Source of the DNA: Malacoraja senta
Lineage: Eukaryota
DNA: 64,000 nt
Assembly (NCBI GenBank): GCA_038087875.1
Contig: CM075998.1
Location: 2,914,001-2,978,000 of the forward strand
Direction of reading: 5' to 3'
Part shown: one piece after another, positions 54,401 through 62,285 of the stretch
How the letters are laid out: every line of letters starts with the position of its first letter
Numbering within the stretch: the stretch's first letter is position 1
The notes under the pieces: generated by a model
What the model was told of the DNA's origin: nothing
What the model saw: only the letters and a program-made list of their open reading frames with translations
Databases searched by the model: none
Translations under genes and position numbers: made by a program

Positions 54401-57400
54401 ATCAAAAGTCTAATCTTTCAACATGAATTTATTGGGGAAAGGAGGAGTTTTATAAAGATACACCATGCAACATCTAATACAGAAACCAATATTAAATATG
54501 GCTTTAAGAACAATGAGAAAATGTTGAATTCTAAACAAAAAATAATAATCTTTCACCTGTTGACTCAAAGAGAGCCACTGTTGTTGCATTTTGCTCAAAG
54601 CCCACTCGTGCGAGCTCATCCGAGAGCACCTCCACCCCCAAAACACTTTCATGCCTCAACGATTCCCTCTCAGTTCTGTTAGTCCCTCCGTTTCCAAGTT
54701 CGGTCAACACAACTGATGGATCAAATTGTTTCAGTTCTCTTTGTCCATGTAAACTCTGCTCTCCACAGTTACAAAATACGCACAGCTTCTGCTCCAGGCT
54801 GGTCAAAAGAAAGACTCAACACATAAGTTCTCGTAAAGGTTTTTTTTTTTTTTTTTTTTTTTAAATCACAATTTCTACATTAATAGTTTTTACCTTTTAC
54901 ATATTTCAAAATCTAATTTGACTAATACTGTATTAGTAGACACAATTTCAGAGACATATTTTGTTACTATTCAATTGTTTTCCCCATAATTAAATTGCTA
55001 AGCGTAAAGCTGCCAATAACTCAAACAAAAGCATTTAAGCAAAATACTTGTACAAGTTATATCGATTCAAAAGCTGAAAAACATTACTTCATTTGAGGAA
55101 GTGACAAAGATTATTGATAAGGGTAGGACAGTGGATGGTCTTTAGTAAAGGGATTAGTTAAGACTGGCATCATGGTCGTGGGATTGCTGTGCTTACTGTT
55201 CTGTGTACATTTTCATGTGTTACGAGGAGATAATAAACCACTACTCTGATCTTATTCAGCAAACTCCCTTCACATTCTCCACTGTACTTCATACTGGACT
55301 TGCAACCTTGAACGTATTCAACCATGACGCATTCTTTACATTACATTTATTGCTTCGTTTTATTTCTTTGCTCTTTGTACTTAGATTTCAGTTCTCTTTA
55401 CCCTGGTTTGCTTAAGTTCCAGATTTCAACTGCGTGAATGAGGGAGGGACAAAAACAGATCTAAGAACTTCCTCAAAATACTTTTATGGGAGGGAATAGG
55501 AGTGGAGGAGGAAAAATGGATTCAACTCATTAATGCAACTGTCATGCATCACCTATGTGCTGATTGAAAAGAATACTGAGGGATACGGGAACAGGAGCAA
55601 CAGAAATGTAGTGAACAGTTAAAGAACACAGAGAACAATAAATCCATAGGAAATAAAAATCACTTTACCTTTAGGAACAACTTAATTGAAAGCAGAAGTG
55701 ATTGGTAGGTCAGCTAAGGTGCAAATTTCAGAAAAGCTTTTTTCCCCTCACACTACATGACTATTCAGTTCCCAAGCAAACTGTGAAATGCTGGCACATA
55801 GAGTTTCAGATTAGCTTTCCTAACTTGAGCTTGCACCTCAAGGCAGTGTGCTTAGCCCCTCTGCTCTAATCTCTTGATACCCATGAATGTACGGATAAGC
55901 ACAGCGCCAATGCTATCTACAAATTTGCTGACAACACCGGATCACATGTGGTGCGACTCAGCCTACAGGAGACAGGTAGAACACCTGGTTGAGTGGTGCC
56001 ACTATAACCTCCGCTCAATGTCAACTAAACCATGGAACTAATCGTTGACTACAGAAACAGAAGTTGGAAGACTACGCGCAGTTTTCACTGGTGAGTCGGC
56101 GGTGGAGAGTTAGCAGCTTCAAATTCCTGGACCAGTGCCTCTACTTTCTTAGATATTTAAAGAAATCTGGCATGTTATAGAATACTCTAATAAACTTCAA
56201 CAGATGCACTGTAGAAAGTATCCTGATTGGTTGCATCATAGCCTGGTATATAAATTCCAACACATGAGGTTGCAGAGCCTGAACCATCAAGTGCACAGCC
56301 CTCCCCACCATCACAAGCTGTCTCAGGGAGGTGGCATCCATTAAGGATTCTCACCATCTGGGCAAAGCCCTCTTCTCTCTGCTACCGCCAGGCAGGAATC
56401 CCAAATCCCCACACCACCAGGTTCAGAAACAGCAACATTCCTTCAGGTTCTTGAACCGACCTGCACATCCCTAATCCTACCCTGGCCATAGAACACACCC
56501 ATGGACTTGATGGACACCCATGGAATTGTGCTTTGCAGTAGTATCTTGTTTTATTATGCCCAGTCTTTTTCTTTTCGCTGTCTTGTACATTGTGAATTTA
56601 TACATAATGTGTTTTCACGGGTCACCTGAGTCTATGTGCCTGTGATACTGCTGCATACCATACTTGTGCACATGACAATAAACAACCCGACAACATGACT
56701 ACTCGTTGTTCCTGCATACTAGGCTAATCCAGTGATTAAACAGCCAATGGTGGATTCAAGGAAGTGCATTTCTAGTTTTTGCACTCCCAGAAACTTGAAT
56801 GATATCCAATCACTGAACGCCTTCTGTACATTTCTCATCTTACCTGCACTTGTCCTTATGTTGGTCTTTCAAGACTGGCTCCAATGCTCCTCCTTGCTTT
56901 GAACAGCCATGAGATTCAGACGGATCACCTTCATCTTCTTCTGCCAAACAACTTGCTTCAGCAGAGTCAACATTCATAGCTGCAAAAAAAAATACACCAT
57001 TCCAACCATTTACTCTGATCATCTTATATTTAATAATTTCTGAAATGTCTTTTGTAAAATCACCTACTTATTCATGTGCTTTTCTTAAATGTTAAATTAA
57101 TGTTCATTATATGCCCCCTCCTTCAAATAAACACAATCATACGTGAGAAAAAAAGTATGGGCCATTTTCCTTTAGGTTGGGGCAATAAGGGATATCAGAG
57201 TCAAGGGATATGGGGAGAAGGCAGGAACGGGGTACTGATTGTGGATGATCAGCCATGATCACATTGAATGGCGGTGTTGGCTCGAAGGGCCAAATAGCCT
57301 TCTCCTGCACCTATTGTCTACTGATATGTGATTTCCCACAAGATTACATATTCTAGAATCATTTCCCAGCAAAGTTATTCGATCATCTGAATCACAGTAT

Positions 57401-60400
57401 TAAGAAATCTCTAAGCTTTTGCTTGGATACAGAAAAGTCAGAATGGGAATTAAATATGTATTCTTGTTTAAATTAACAATTAAGGTGTGTGTTTGCACAA
57501 GTGTCCCTATGTGCACCCTACATCTGTGCGGGGGTGGTGAAACAAAAGGTGGATGAGTGCGAGATTCAAAGAAAAAGGACACAAGCTAGGCATTCGATTC
57601 AGCATTCTTATCAATGCTGTATTTTTACCTAACAATAGGCCATGAAAACGAACAACTCAGATGTATCTTTATGTAACGAAGTAACAATTGAATTCCTGGT
57701 CCAAATTGACTGATCAATGGCAGTACAAGAAACATAACTTGTCTCAAATTCCTAGGATAAGAAATAGTTTGGGAAGGGAAATTGCCAATGATTCCAGCTC
57801 CCCTTAGTTACTCAATGCAACGTGCTGGAAAATGTGGGGATGTTAGTGAATTTACTAAATAAAGACCTGGCAAACACTTAACTGCATTCACAAATGGAGA
57901 ATGCTAACTTGGATAGTGCGCTTAAAGGCTATTGCCTTCCATTGAACCTCATCGAACAAATCATTGCTTAGGCGAGGATGAAAAATATCTGGGAGAAACG
58001 TAATCCTGCACCAATCCTGCAACATAGGAAAAGGCAATGACGCCCAACAGTGCTGAAGTATTGATTATTAGTTGCTGCACCCAAGGACCATCACCGATTT
58101 TCCAGCACCATTGGTTCCAAAGCCATGCCGCATTATCCATTTTGCCAGACCAGCGGTCATTACTTTGGGGGGGCCGAGACACCAGCCCGCGAAGACAGTT
58201 ATGGTAACAGATCTGCCGGCTCCGGCCAGGCCAGAGTTCCAGAGCCCCGGCCGTAGGCGGCACATTCGACCTGCCGATCAGCGTGGAAGTTCTGATGAGG
58301 TGGAGATCGGCTGCCTCACCCAGCCTAGACGCCACATTTTCGGGGAGACTTGCGGGTGCGCTCTCGTGATTCTCTCCGGATTAAAAGGGGGCGCCTGTCC
58401 ATCAGTTGCCGGAAAAACGGTGGTGGGCCTATATAAACATGCCCTTTGTCAAGACAAAGTAACGAACTGAAGATCCAGTTAAAGGTCACAGAGCCAAGCA
58501 ATTCCTGCCCATATAAAGAACACCTAAGTAAGGGCAGCACAGTTGCTGCCTTGCAGCGCCAAAGACACGGGTTCCTCTGGAGCGCCAGAGACCTTCTGGA
58601 TTAGAGAATTTCAAACATTGAGCACCCCTCATCTCAGTCTTGAATAGCCTCCCATAAATTCGGAGCCTGTGAGCCTTGGTTCTAGAACCACCACCGGGGA
58701 AACATCCTCCTGCAACATATTAAAACTGGACTTTGTGGATTCGTATGAGGTTGGATACCAAAAATATAATTAGAGCTTACATTTCTTCGTTTTAAGCAAT
58801 AAACATTGGTGAAGGTCCACTTGGAGGAATTGGGGTTTTCCACTGATAAAACTATGCCAACAATAAATTGCAAACATGCAGAATTTAGATTTTACTTCCA
58901 AAATGTCACACTTGGCTTTAAAAGAGCTAACAAAAAGAATGCAAGGTTGAAAATTAAGACAAAAATAAAGGGTTACACATAGGAGATTGAAGAAATTGAA
59001 GAAGTTGTTCAACCTGGCCCATTTCATTCCCGAAACAGTGAAGACTAATGACAACATTGCTTGCTCTCTCCAACAATCAATCAAGCAACTAACAGATTTG
59101 GTAAATGAAAACCAACAAGACACTAACTGACAGAATCACTGACTGTTGATCCCATTTCCTGGCAGATTGCAAAGTAGGCTTGCTTCAATTCCCTTATATG
59201 CCTGAATAAACCGCCAGCATAAATGATGAAATTCACCACCTCCTTTAAAACACTTAAGGGCCTGTCTCACTTACGCGACCTTTACAGGTGACTGCCGGCA
59301 CACGTCATAGGTCGCCGAAATTTTCAACATGTAGAAAATTCAGCGCCGACCAGAAAGACGCTACGACTCTTTGGAGACCTCTCACAAACATAGGCTGTAT
59401 GGTCGTGAGAGGTCTCCTATGGTTGTGAGAGGTCACCCACAACATGTCGCCAGGGGTCGCCTGTATGGTCGTGAGAGGTCACCTATGGTCGTGAGAGGTC
59501 TCCAAAGAGTCGTAGCGTTTTTCTGGTCACCGCTGAATTTTCAACATGTTGAACATTTCGGCGACCTATGACGGGTGCCGGCAGTCGCCTGTAAAGGTCG
59601 GGTAAGTGGGACAGGCCCTTTAAGAATAAATTTATCATCGAGCTTAACAAATGCTGGAGGTCAAACACATGAATCCCACAGCATGAGCAGATTTCAAATG
59701 ACAGAAAAGTTTCATGTAGCTTGCAGAATCACTATTTAGAAATATTACATCAGCCATGATTTTACTTCTTATTTGGGTTTGTTGTGTTTATAGTGACCAA
59801 CTGACATTGAAAGTCGTTGAGTAGACATTATTTAACGAAATATTAACCAATTTTGTTGAACACGAACTGAACCAAAAGTAAAAACTGGAAAATTCAATGT
59901 CCAACTATCAACAGGACAAATGCTGCAAAGCTTGGGCAAGGTCAACCATCTCAAAAGCTGCAGAGATATTGTAAAGAATCTCGAAGGCTGCAGAATCTTG
60001 AAGGCTGCAGGGGTGTGTAGGGGAGGGGGGTTTGTGGGGGAGGGGAGGGTTGTGGGGGAGGGGAGGGTTGTGGGGGAGGGGAGTTTGTGTGGGCGGGAGG
60101 CATGTGGGGGGAGGCATGTGGGGGGAGGCATGTGGGGGGAGGGGGGGTTTGTGGGGGTTTGTGTGGGGGGGGAGGGGTGTGCGTGGTGGGGGGGGGGAGG
60201 AGGTGTGGGCTCAGCGGCTCCTGGCTCACTCAGCGGCTCCCGTCCCCGGCTCCTGTCGCACTCACTGGCTCCCGGCCCCAACTGCATTCAGCGGTACCAG
60301 GCTCGTCGTGGTGGTCGCCGCCGCCCGCGGACACAGCCCTGCACGCGGAACACAGCCCCCGCTCGCCCGCGAACACAGCCCCCGCCCACACTCTGCTCCT

Positions 60401-61475
60401 TCAGCTTTATTCTCGCCGCCGGTGATTGACAGCGGGTGCCGGATGGGGCGTCGTCGTCCCGGCGAATGATAGGGGAGAAGACCAATAACTTTTGTAATAT
60501 TTCACCGTTGGGAACAAAACTTGATGCACTTGCAGCACACGAGAATGGCGAGTAAGGTGGCGAAAAATCGTAGCGCTATCGGGTATCGTTTTTGCGCAAA
60601 TGTAAAAACAAACCAGAAGAAAACAAGATGAGAGTTTAAGTATATAGACAGAAACAATTGGCCACGATGTTTCACATATTTTGCTTTTGTACACCTGCTG
60701 ACCCTATTACATGTCGAACTCCTCTCAGTCAGGAATAACTCTGACCCTAACAGTAATTAGGCAGGTTGGCGACAGGATGGAAATTCCACTGACCAGCTAC
60801 AAAAGTAGTAACAAACAGTATTAATTGAGCAGTTTTGTGTCATTCATTGGTCTTCATTGTCTTTAGTTATGTAGAAGAGATACTCTATATTAATAAAAAA
60901 TCATTTCCACTTTATTGTTTATTTGTCTGGCTATTGTTCAATCAATCCAACTAGCTTATATCCAAACCATTTTCATTCCTCCCCCCTTTTGAAATTGAAG
61001 AGGTTAAGTGGCAGAACACAATTGTCAACAGCAAGATGGTTCTCATTTTAATCCTTTCGCCTACTTAAGATTTTAAGCAAGTAAAATCAAATCCAAATTA
61101 GAGTTTCCTTCGCGTCAGGATGGGTGGTGAAATAGATGGGATGGGAGTATGACTTGCAGCTTAGAACAAGTGGAAAAAATCTGGTGTAAATAGCCAAAGA
61201 CCGTGTAACTGAATGTCAGATAAACTGACAGGAGAAATTACCGTGGAGCTGGAAGGATGCATATGTGAGGTGACGATAGATAAGTTGTCAAGCATTAGAA
61301 AGCATGAGAATATTTTAAAAATGGTCCAGTTCCCAAAAGGCCACTGTTTCAGTCCACTCTAAATGACACACAGGTTTAGTACAAAATAAACACACGTAAA
61401 CTAACTACAGATACAAATAGATATACCTGTGGCACTGGAACAATTGTCCTCATTGCTCGATTCCATCCCATCCAT
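1122..61475 (-). CDS. KMT2D: Histone-lysine N-methyltransferase 2D (MLL4), spliced CDS exons 1-33, 3'-incomplete
   Basis: 33 GT-AG exons in consistent phase. Diagnostic KMT2D (not KMT2C) motifs: [78 protein letters not shown]. Many exon lengths match those recalled for human KMT2D (49,110,163,115,105,182,165,110,74,51). Confidence 0.96.
1716..1895 (-). CDS. KMT2D: KMT2D exon 32 (LxxLL motif LRQLL)
   Basis: [23 protein letters not shown]...PPPYPLSQ; 180 nt. Confidence 0.93.
2280..2520 (-). mobile_element. Degenerate DeuSINE (SacSINE1/AmnSINE-like) fragment
   Basis: Resembles the Deu core: gccatgggacttttaaatcatccagaaggagcagg...atttaaatgtttcat. Confidence 0.45.
2523..2824 (+). mobile_element. 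HE1-type V-SINE
   Basis: tRNA-like head (gcacagtggagcagctggtagagc), V-domain tgtgtggagtttgtatgttctcc, CR1/HER1 tail gggcctgtttcc...ctaaactaaact. Confidence 0.85.
3021..4952 (-). CDS. KMT2D: KMT2D exon 31 (large P/S/Q-rich exon)
   Basis: 1932 nt within ORF 2952-4958; [15 protein letters not shown], ends [17 protein letters not shown] donor. Confidence 0.95.
5119..5169 (-). CDS. KMT2D: KMT2D exon 30 (HMG-like box)
   Basis: [17 protein letters not shown]; 51 nt. Confidence 0.95.
6287..6360 (-). CDS. KMT2D: KMT2D exon 29 (HMG-like box)
   Basis: [24 protein letters not shown]; 74 nt. Confidence 0.95.
6712..6962 (-). CDS. KMT2D: KMT2D exon 28
   Basis: [53 protein letters not shown]; 251 nt. Confidence 0.95.
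7833..7944 (-). CDS. KMT2D: KMT2D exon 27
   Basis: ...[14 protein letters not shown] (cf. human DSYPGLCQSPFLDS); 112 nt, phase 1 to 2. Confidence 0.87.
9674..9885. mobile_element. Penelope-derived inverted-repeat element with decayed hammerhead motif
   Basis: Inverted arms of about 80 bp; 14-bp TSD attctattaaatgg (9660-9673, 9886-9899). Confidence 0.75.
9955..10140 (-). CDS. KMT2D: KMT2D exon 26
   Basis: [20 protein letters not shown]...; 186 nt. Confidence 0.9.
11789..11926 (-). CDS. KMT2D: KMT2D exon 25
   Basis: ...[15 protein letters not shown] (cf. human EGMLSSDLDRISTE); 138 nt, phase 1-1. Confidence 0.87.
12960..13570 (+). mobile_element. Highly decayed CR1 LINE 3' fragment
   Basis: Residual RT C-terminal motifs (gatttaattgaggtgcataaagttatga...ctggaatacactccct). 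Confidence 0.5.
14355..14458 (+). mobile_element. Penelope-derived single-arm element with minimal hammerhead core
   Basis: CTGAGGA-t-gggtc-tc-gaccc-GAAA-a-GTC; flanking repeat aaaccaatg (14346-14354, 14459-14467). Confidence 0.7.
15030..15260. mobile_element. Penelope-derived inverted-repeat element with decayed hammerhead motifs
   Basis: Inverted arms; 13-bp TSD tcaactgcttgta (15017-15029, 15261-15273). Confidence 0.75.
15324..15495. mobile_element. Tc1 mini-element (internal deletion derivative of the 21496-23005 family)
   Basis: Starts cagtgccctccataatgtttgggacaaag, ends cattatggagggcactg|TA. Confidence 0.85.
16471..16518 (-). CDS. KMT2D: Candidate alternative 48-nt KMT2D microexon ([16 protein letters not shown])
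   Basis: Long U-rich polypyrimidine tract plus TAG acceptor, G|GTAAGC donor, 48 nt, open in the phase-1 frame this intron requires. Confidence 0.55.
17490..18010 (+). mobile_element. Old Penelope-like element 3' end (GIY-YIG C-terminus plus 3' region)
   Basis: Degenerate KLE..QH.IFHL..LQP..LNI.F.NF motif at about 17545-17627, followed by a pyrimidine-rich tail ending gcagcctgacctgctgagt. Confidence 0.5.
20929..21027 (-). CDS. KMT2D: KMT2D exon 24
   Basis: ttttggcag acceptor, GTAAGT donor, 99 nt open in phase 1-1 ([32 protein letters not shown]). Confidence 0.75.
21052..21288 (-). mobile_element. HE1-type V-SINE
   Basis: Reverse complement of the V-domain (catgtctttggaatgtgggaagaaaccggagaacctggagaaaacccacg) and tRNA head (gcgccactgtgccgcc). 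Confidence 0.85.
21496..23005 (-). mobile_element. Tc1/mariner DNA transposon (IR/DR type), defective
   Basis: TA|CAGTG...CATTG|TA ends, TIRs of about 210 bp with an inner direct repeat (aatgtttgggaca), internal transposase remnant. Confidence 0.93.
21740..22657 (-). pseudogene. Tc1 transposase pseudogene
   Basis: ORF 22211-22657: paired-type [21 protein letters not shown] plus GRPRKT. Downstream [13 protein letters not shown]-coding motif (about 21925-21963) is separated by frameshift/deletion. Confidence 0.88.
24269..24440 (-). CDS. KMT2D: KMT2D exon 23
   Basis: [14 protein letters not shown]...; 172 nt, GTGAGG donor, phase 1. Confidence 0.9.
25318..25345. repeat. (AG)n microsatellite
   Basis: Directly visible. 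Confidence 0.9.
28905..29745. repeat. 30-bp minisatellite (consensus ACGCAGTTTTGCGCCAATGCAACCGCTCAG)
   Basis: Exact 30-nt period at 29171-29260, units degenerating toward both edges; about 25-28 units. Confidence 0.92.
30421..30468. repeat. (TG)24 microsatellite
   Basis: Directly visible. Confidence 0.95.
31089..31222 (-). CDS. KMT2D: KMT2D exon 22
   Basis: ...[23 protein letters not shown]; 134 nt. Confidence 0.92.
32184..32303 (-). CDS. KMT2D: KMT2D exon 21
   Basis: [15 protein letters not shown]...; 120 nt. Confidence 0.9.
32803..32946 (-). CDS. KMT2D: KMT2D exon 20
   Basis: ...[16 protein letters not shown]; AAG acceptor after a ttctaat branch-point-like motif, GTAAGT donor; 144 nt. 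Confidence 0.88.
33672..33925 (-). mobile_element. CR1 LINE 3' end (young, 5'-truncated)
   Basis: (acatagat)n tail plus aaaataggtgcaggagtaggccattcggccc; reverse complement of the 3' end of the 62286-63924 family. Confidence 0.85.
34100..34312 (-). CDS. KMT2D: KMT2D exon 19
   Basis: [27 protein letters not shown]...; 213 nt, GTGAGA donor. Confidence 0.9.
34407..34457 (-). CDS. KMT2D: KMT2D exon 18
   Basis: 51 nt, phase 1-1, [22 protein letters not shown] donor. Confidence 0.85.
34878..34987 (-). CDS. KMT2D: KMT2D exon 17 (PHD6)
   Basis: [31 protein letters not shown]; 110 nt. Confidence 0.95.
35548..35712 (-). CDS. KMT2D: KMT2D exon 16 (PHD5/6)
   Basis: [37 protein letters not shown]...LLIQCHHCD; 165 nt. 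Confidence 0.95.
35993..36174 (-). CDS. KMT2D: KMT2D exon 15 (PHD4/5)
   Basis: [60 protein letters not shown]; 182 nt. Confidence 0.96.
36307..36593. mobile_element. Old Tc1/pogo-type MITE
   Basis: TA|CAGTAAAACTCC ... CAGAGTTATACTG imperfect TIRs. Confidence 0.5.
37230..37334 (-). CDS. KMT2D: KMT2D exon 14 (PHD4)
   Basis: [35 protein letters not shown]; 105 nt. Confidence 0.96.
37790..38915 (+). mobile_element. Decayed CR1 RT fragment containing an internal tandem duplication
   Basis: FIIYINDLD...[10 protein letters not shown]-coding motifs at about 37950-38030; duplicated units 38238-38584. Confidence 0.7.
39337..39444 (-). CDS. KMT2D: KMT2D exon 13
   Basis: [36 protein letters not shown]; 108 nt. 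Confidence 0.92.
39809..39919 (-). CDS. KMT2D: KMT2D exon 12
   Basis: [28 protein letters not shown]; 111 nt. Confidence 0.93.
40080..40980 (+). mobile_element. Decayed CR1 ORF2 fragments
   Basis: aatccaggaaattataggcca (NPGNYRP) and agtcaacatggttttgtgaaaagg (SQHGFVK) motifs. Confidence 0.65.
41138..42228 (-). CDS. KMT2D: KMT2D exon 11 (large acidic disordered exon)
   Basis: 1091 nt within ORF 41051-42253; ends [19 protein letters not shown] donor. Confidence 0.9.
44069..44179 (-). CDS. KMT2D: KMT2D exon 10 (short, acidic)
   Basis: ttttctgttgaacag acceptor, GTGAGA donor, 111 nt open in phase 1-1 ([22 protein letters not shown]...). No homology evidence. Confidence 0.65.
44489..44583 (-). 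mobile_element. Penelope-derived single-arm element
   Basis: Same family as 9674/15030; flanking repeat aatggactg (44480-44488, 44584-44592). Confidence 0.7.
44660..44846 (+). mobile_element. CR1/HER1 3' end
   Basis: gtggttgagactggtacaataacaacatttaaagg...cttgtttccatgctatattcctgtatgactcta. Confidence 0.65.
44847..45072 (-). mobile_element. 3' fragment of a GC-rich element with L2-like tail
   Basis: Minus strand: ggactttttggtgtcttccctcacagtgg...gtaaagcactttgg...aaaagtgctatataaataaa(TTAC)n. Confidence 0.55.
46031..46182 (-). CDS. KMT2D: KMT2D exon 9 (second half of extra PHD)
   Basis: [28 protein letters not shown]...; 152 nt, phase 2 to 1, GTATGG donor. Confidence 0.88.
46859..47046 (-). CDS. 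KMT2D: KMT2D exon 8 (Cys-rich linker plus first half of extra PHD)
   Basis: [31 protein letters not shown]...[21 protein letters not shown]; 188 nt, GTAAGT donor. Confidence 0.92.
47330..47955 (+). mobile_element. Decayed CR1 3' fragment
   Basis: aggagaatgagaggcgatctcaatgaaacttacagg and gatttcttcaccaagagg motifs. Confidence 0.65.
48179..48293 (-). CDS. KMT2D: KMT2D exon 7 (PHD3)
   Basis: [38 protein letters not shown]; 115 nt. Confidence 0.95.
48500..48645 (+). mobile_element. CR1 3' end
   Basis: ggttatgggaagaaggcaggagaatgg...gatgggccgaatggcctaattctgctcct. Confidence 0.75.
48827..48998 (-). CDS. KMT2D: KMT2D exon 6 (PHD2)
   Basis: [31 protein letters not shown]...[13 protein letters not shown]; 172 nt. 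Confidence 0.95.
49946..50218. mobile_element. Palindromic TTAA-target MITE (Kolobok/T2-like)
   Basis: TTAA|AGGGCCTGTCCCACTTACGCG...CGCGTAAGTGGGATAGGCCCT; long internal inverted repeat. Confidence 0.8.
50607..50769 (-). CDS. KMT2D: KMT2D exon 5 (ePHD1)
   Basis: [47 protein letters not shown]; 163 nt. Confidence 0.95.
51475..51584 (-). CDS. KMT2D: KMT2D exon 4 (ePHD1)
   Basis: [36 protein letters not shown]; 110 nt. Confidence 0.95.
53450..54330 (-). mobile_element. Decayed CR1 fragment
   Basis: Minus-strand [10 protein letters not shown] motif; gtcgtctgcaaacttact (reverse of SKFADD). Confidence 0.65.
54557..54798 (-). CDS. KMT2D: KMT2D exon 3 (ePHD1 start)
   Basis: [25 protein letters not shown]; 242 nt, phase 2 to 1. 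Confidence 0.93.
55830..56685 (+). mobile_element. Decayed Rex1/Babar-like LINE 3' fragment
   Basis: PQG.VLSP-like cctcaaggcagtgtgcttagccc, aaatttgctgac, caccaccaggttcagaaacagc, 3' tgacaataaac. Confidence 0.6.
56844..56979 (-). CDS. KMT2D: KMT2D exon 2
   Basis: ttttttgcag acceptor, GTAAGA donor, 136 nt, phase 1 to 2; [23 protein letters not shown]... Confidence 0.85.
57190..57322 (+). mobile_element. CR1 3' end
   Basis: Matches 63790-63910 (caagggatatggggagaaggcagg...cctgcacctattgtcta). Confidence 0.8.
59257..59619. mobile_element. Palindromic TTAA-target MITE (same family as 49946)
   Basis: AGGGCCTGTCTCACTTAC...GTAAGTGGGACAGGCCCT|TTAA; internal tandem tatggtcgtgagaggtc repeats. Confidence 0.82.
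60005..60648 (-). mobile_element. GC/G-rich repeat, possibly the 5' part of a non-autonomous Helitron
   Basis: Minus strand begins TCTATATACTTAAACTCTCATCTTG (Helitron-like 5' TC end); CpG-rich core and G-tract block. No CTAG 3' end found. Confidence 0.4.
61427..61475 (-). CDS. KMT2D: KMT2D coding exon 1 ([16 protein letters not shown]; exon extends as 5'UTR to 61517)
   Basis: ATG in AGTATGG context, in-frame upstream TAG, 49 coding nt then GTATAT donor (phase 1). CAG acceptor at 61518-61520. Confidence 0.8.
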
Positions 61476-62285
61476 ACTGAACTCTTTTGCCAGATCCGAC
61501 ACCCCTCACTAAAACACCTGAAAAATATATTGGGAAAAATATTCTTACAAGGAAACTCAATTTTTTATTTTTTTTTTAAACATGAAAGGTGTGGTGAATT
61601 CAGGTTTTGCCCTGAAACCACACTTGAAAAGTAAATTGCCCACCGCTATAAGAATAAGTCTGATAAAACAAAAAATTATGGGTATATACCGGCCAAGAAA
61701 AGTCAAAACACAATTCACATTCACTGCTAAAGTGAAATTACACAAATAACCCAAATCATCAAATTCACAAACATTCTAATTCTGTTCACTATTTGCAGTA
61801 TGAAAACACATTGTACACTTGTGTTTAAACAGACCAGAGGAAATCATTCTTCCCACTGAATCTACTTGTATGTCTTTTAAACAACATGGAATTGGGGGGG
61901 AGGGGTGAAATATTAATACTCGATTTTATCTGAAACGGATACAAATTAGCACAATCGCTCAGAATGTGCACTATTCTAATCAAAGATTAATTTCTGAGAT
62001 GCAGATTTACAAAGCATACAAAATCCCCACCTTTCAGCCTCCTATCCGACCCCTGAAGGATCAGACCAAATTCTATTCTCCTCGCATCTAATTAAACAAT
62101 GCACAAGCCCACAAACCAAATTTGCTTTACCCCGTCAATTTGCAGGCACTCAAAAGCCACAAGCACAAATGGAAAAATTAAGGCAAATCAGCCTGGGTGG
62201 GTCTGCATGACACAAACACTATATGCACAAAGATGGAAATAACAGTAAAATACACACATGCAATGCTCACCAACATACAATGTAT

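Noticed and set aside
57961-58540. GC-rich segment with ORFs on both strands
   Set aside because: Probably a repeat fragment, but I could not find termini, a TSD or a protein motif, so it is left unannotated.
59832-60485. Pro-rich and Gly-rich ORFs
   Set aside because: Translations of a low-complexity G-tract repeat, with no splice or homology support.
1122-61475. Assignment as KMT2C
   Set aside because: The extra PHD is KMT2C-like, but diagnostic residues (AHHWCAAWS, MKTLx[21 protein letters not shown]) and the exon structure match KMT2D.
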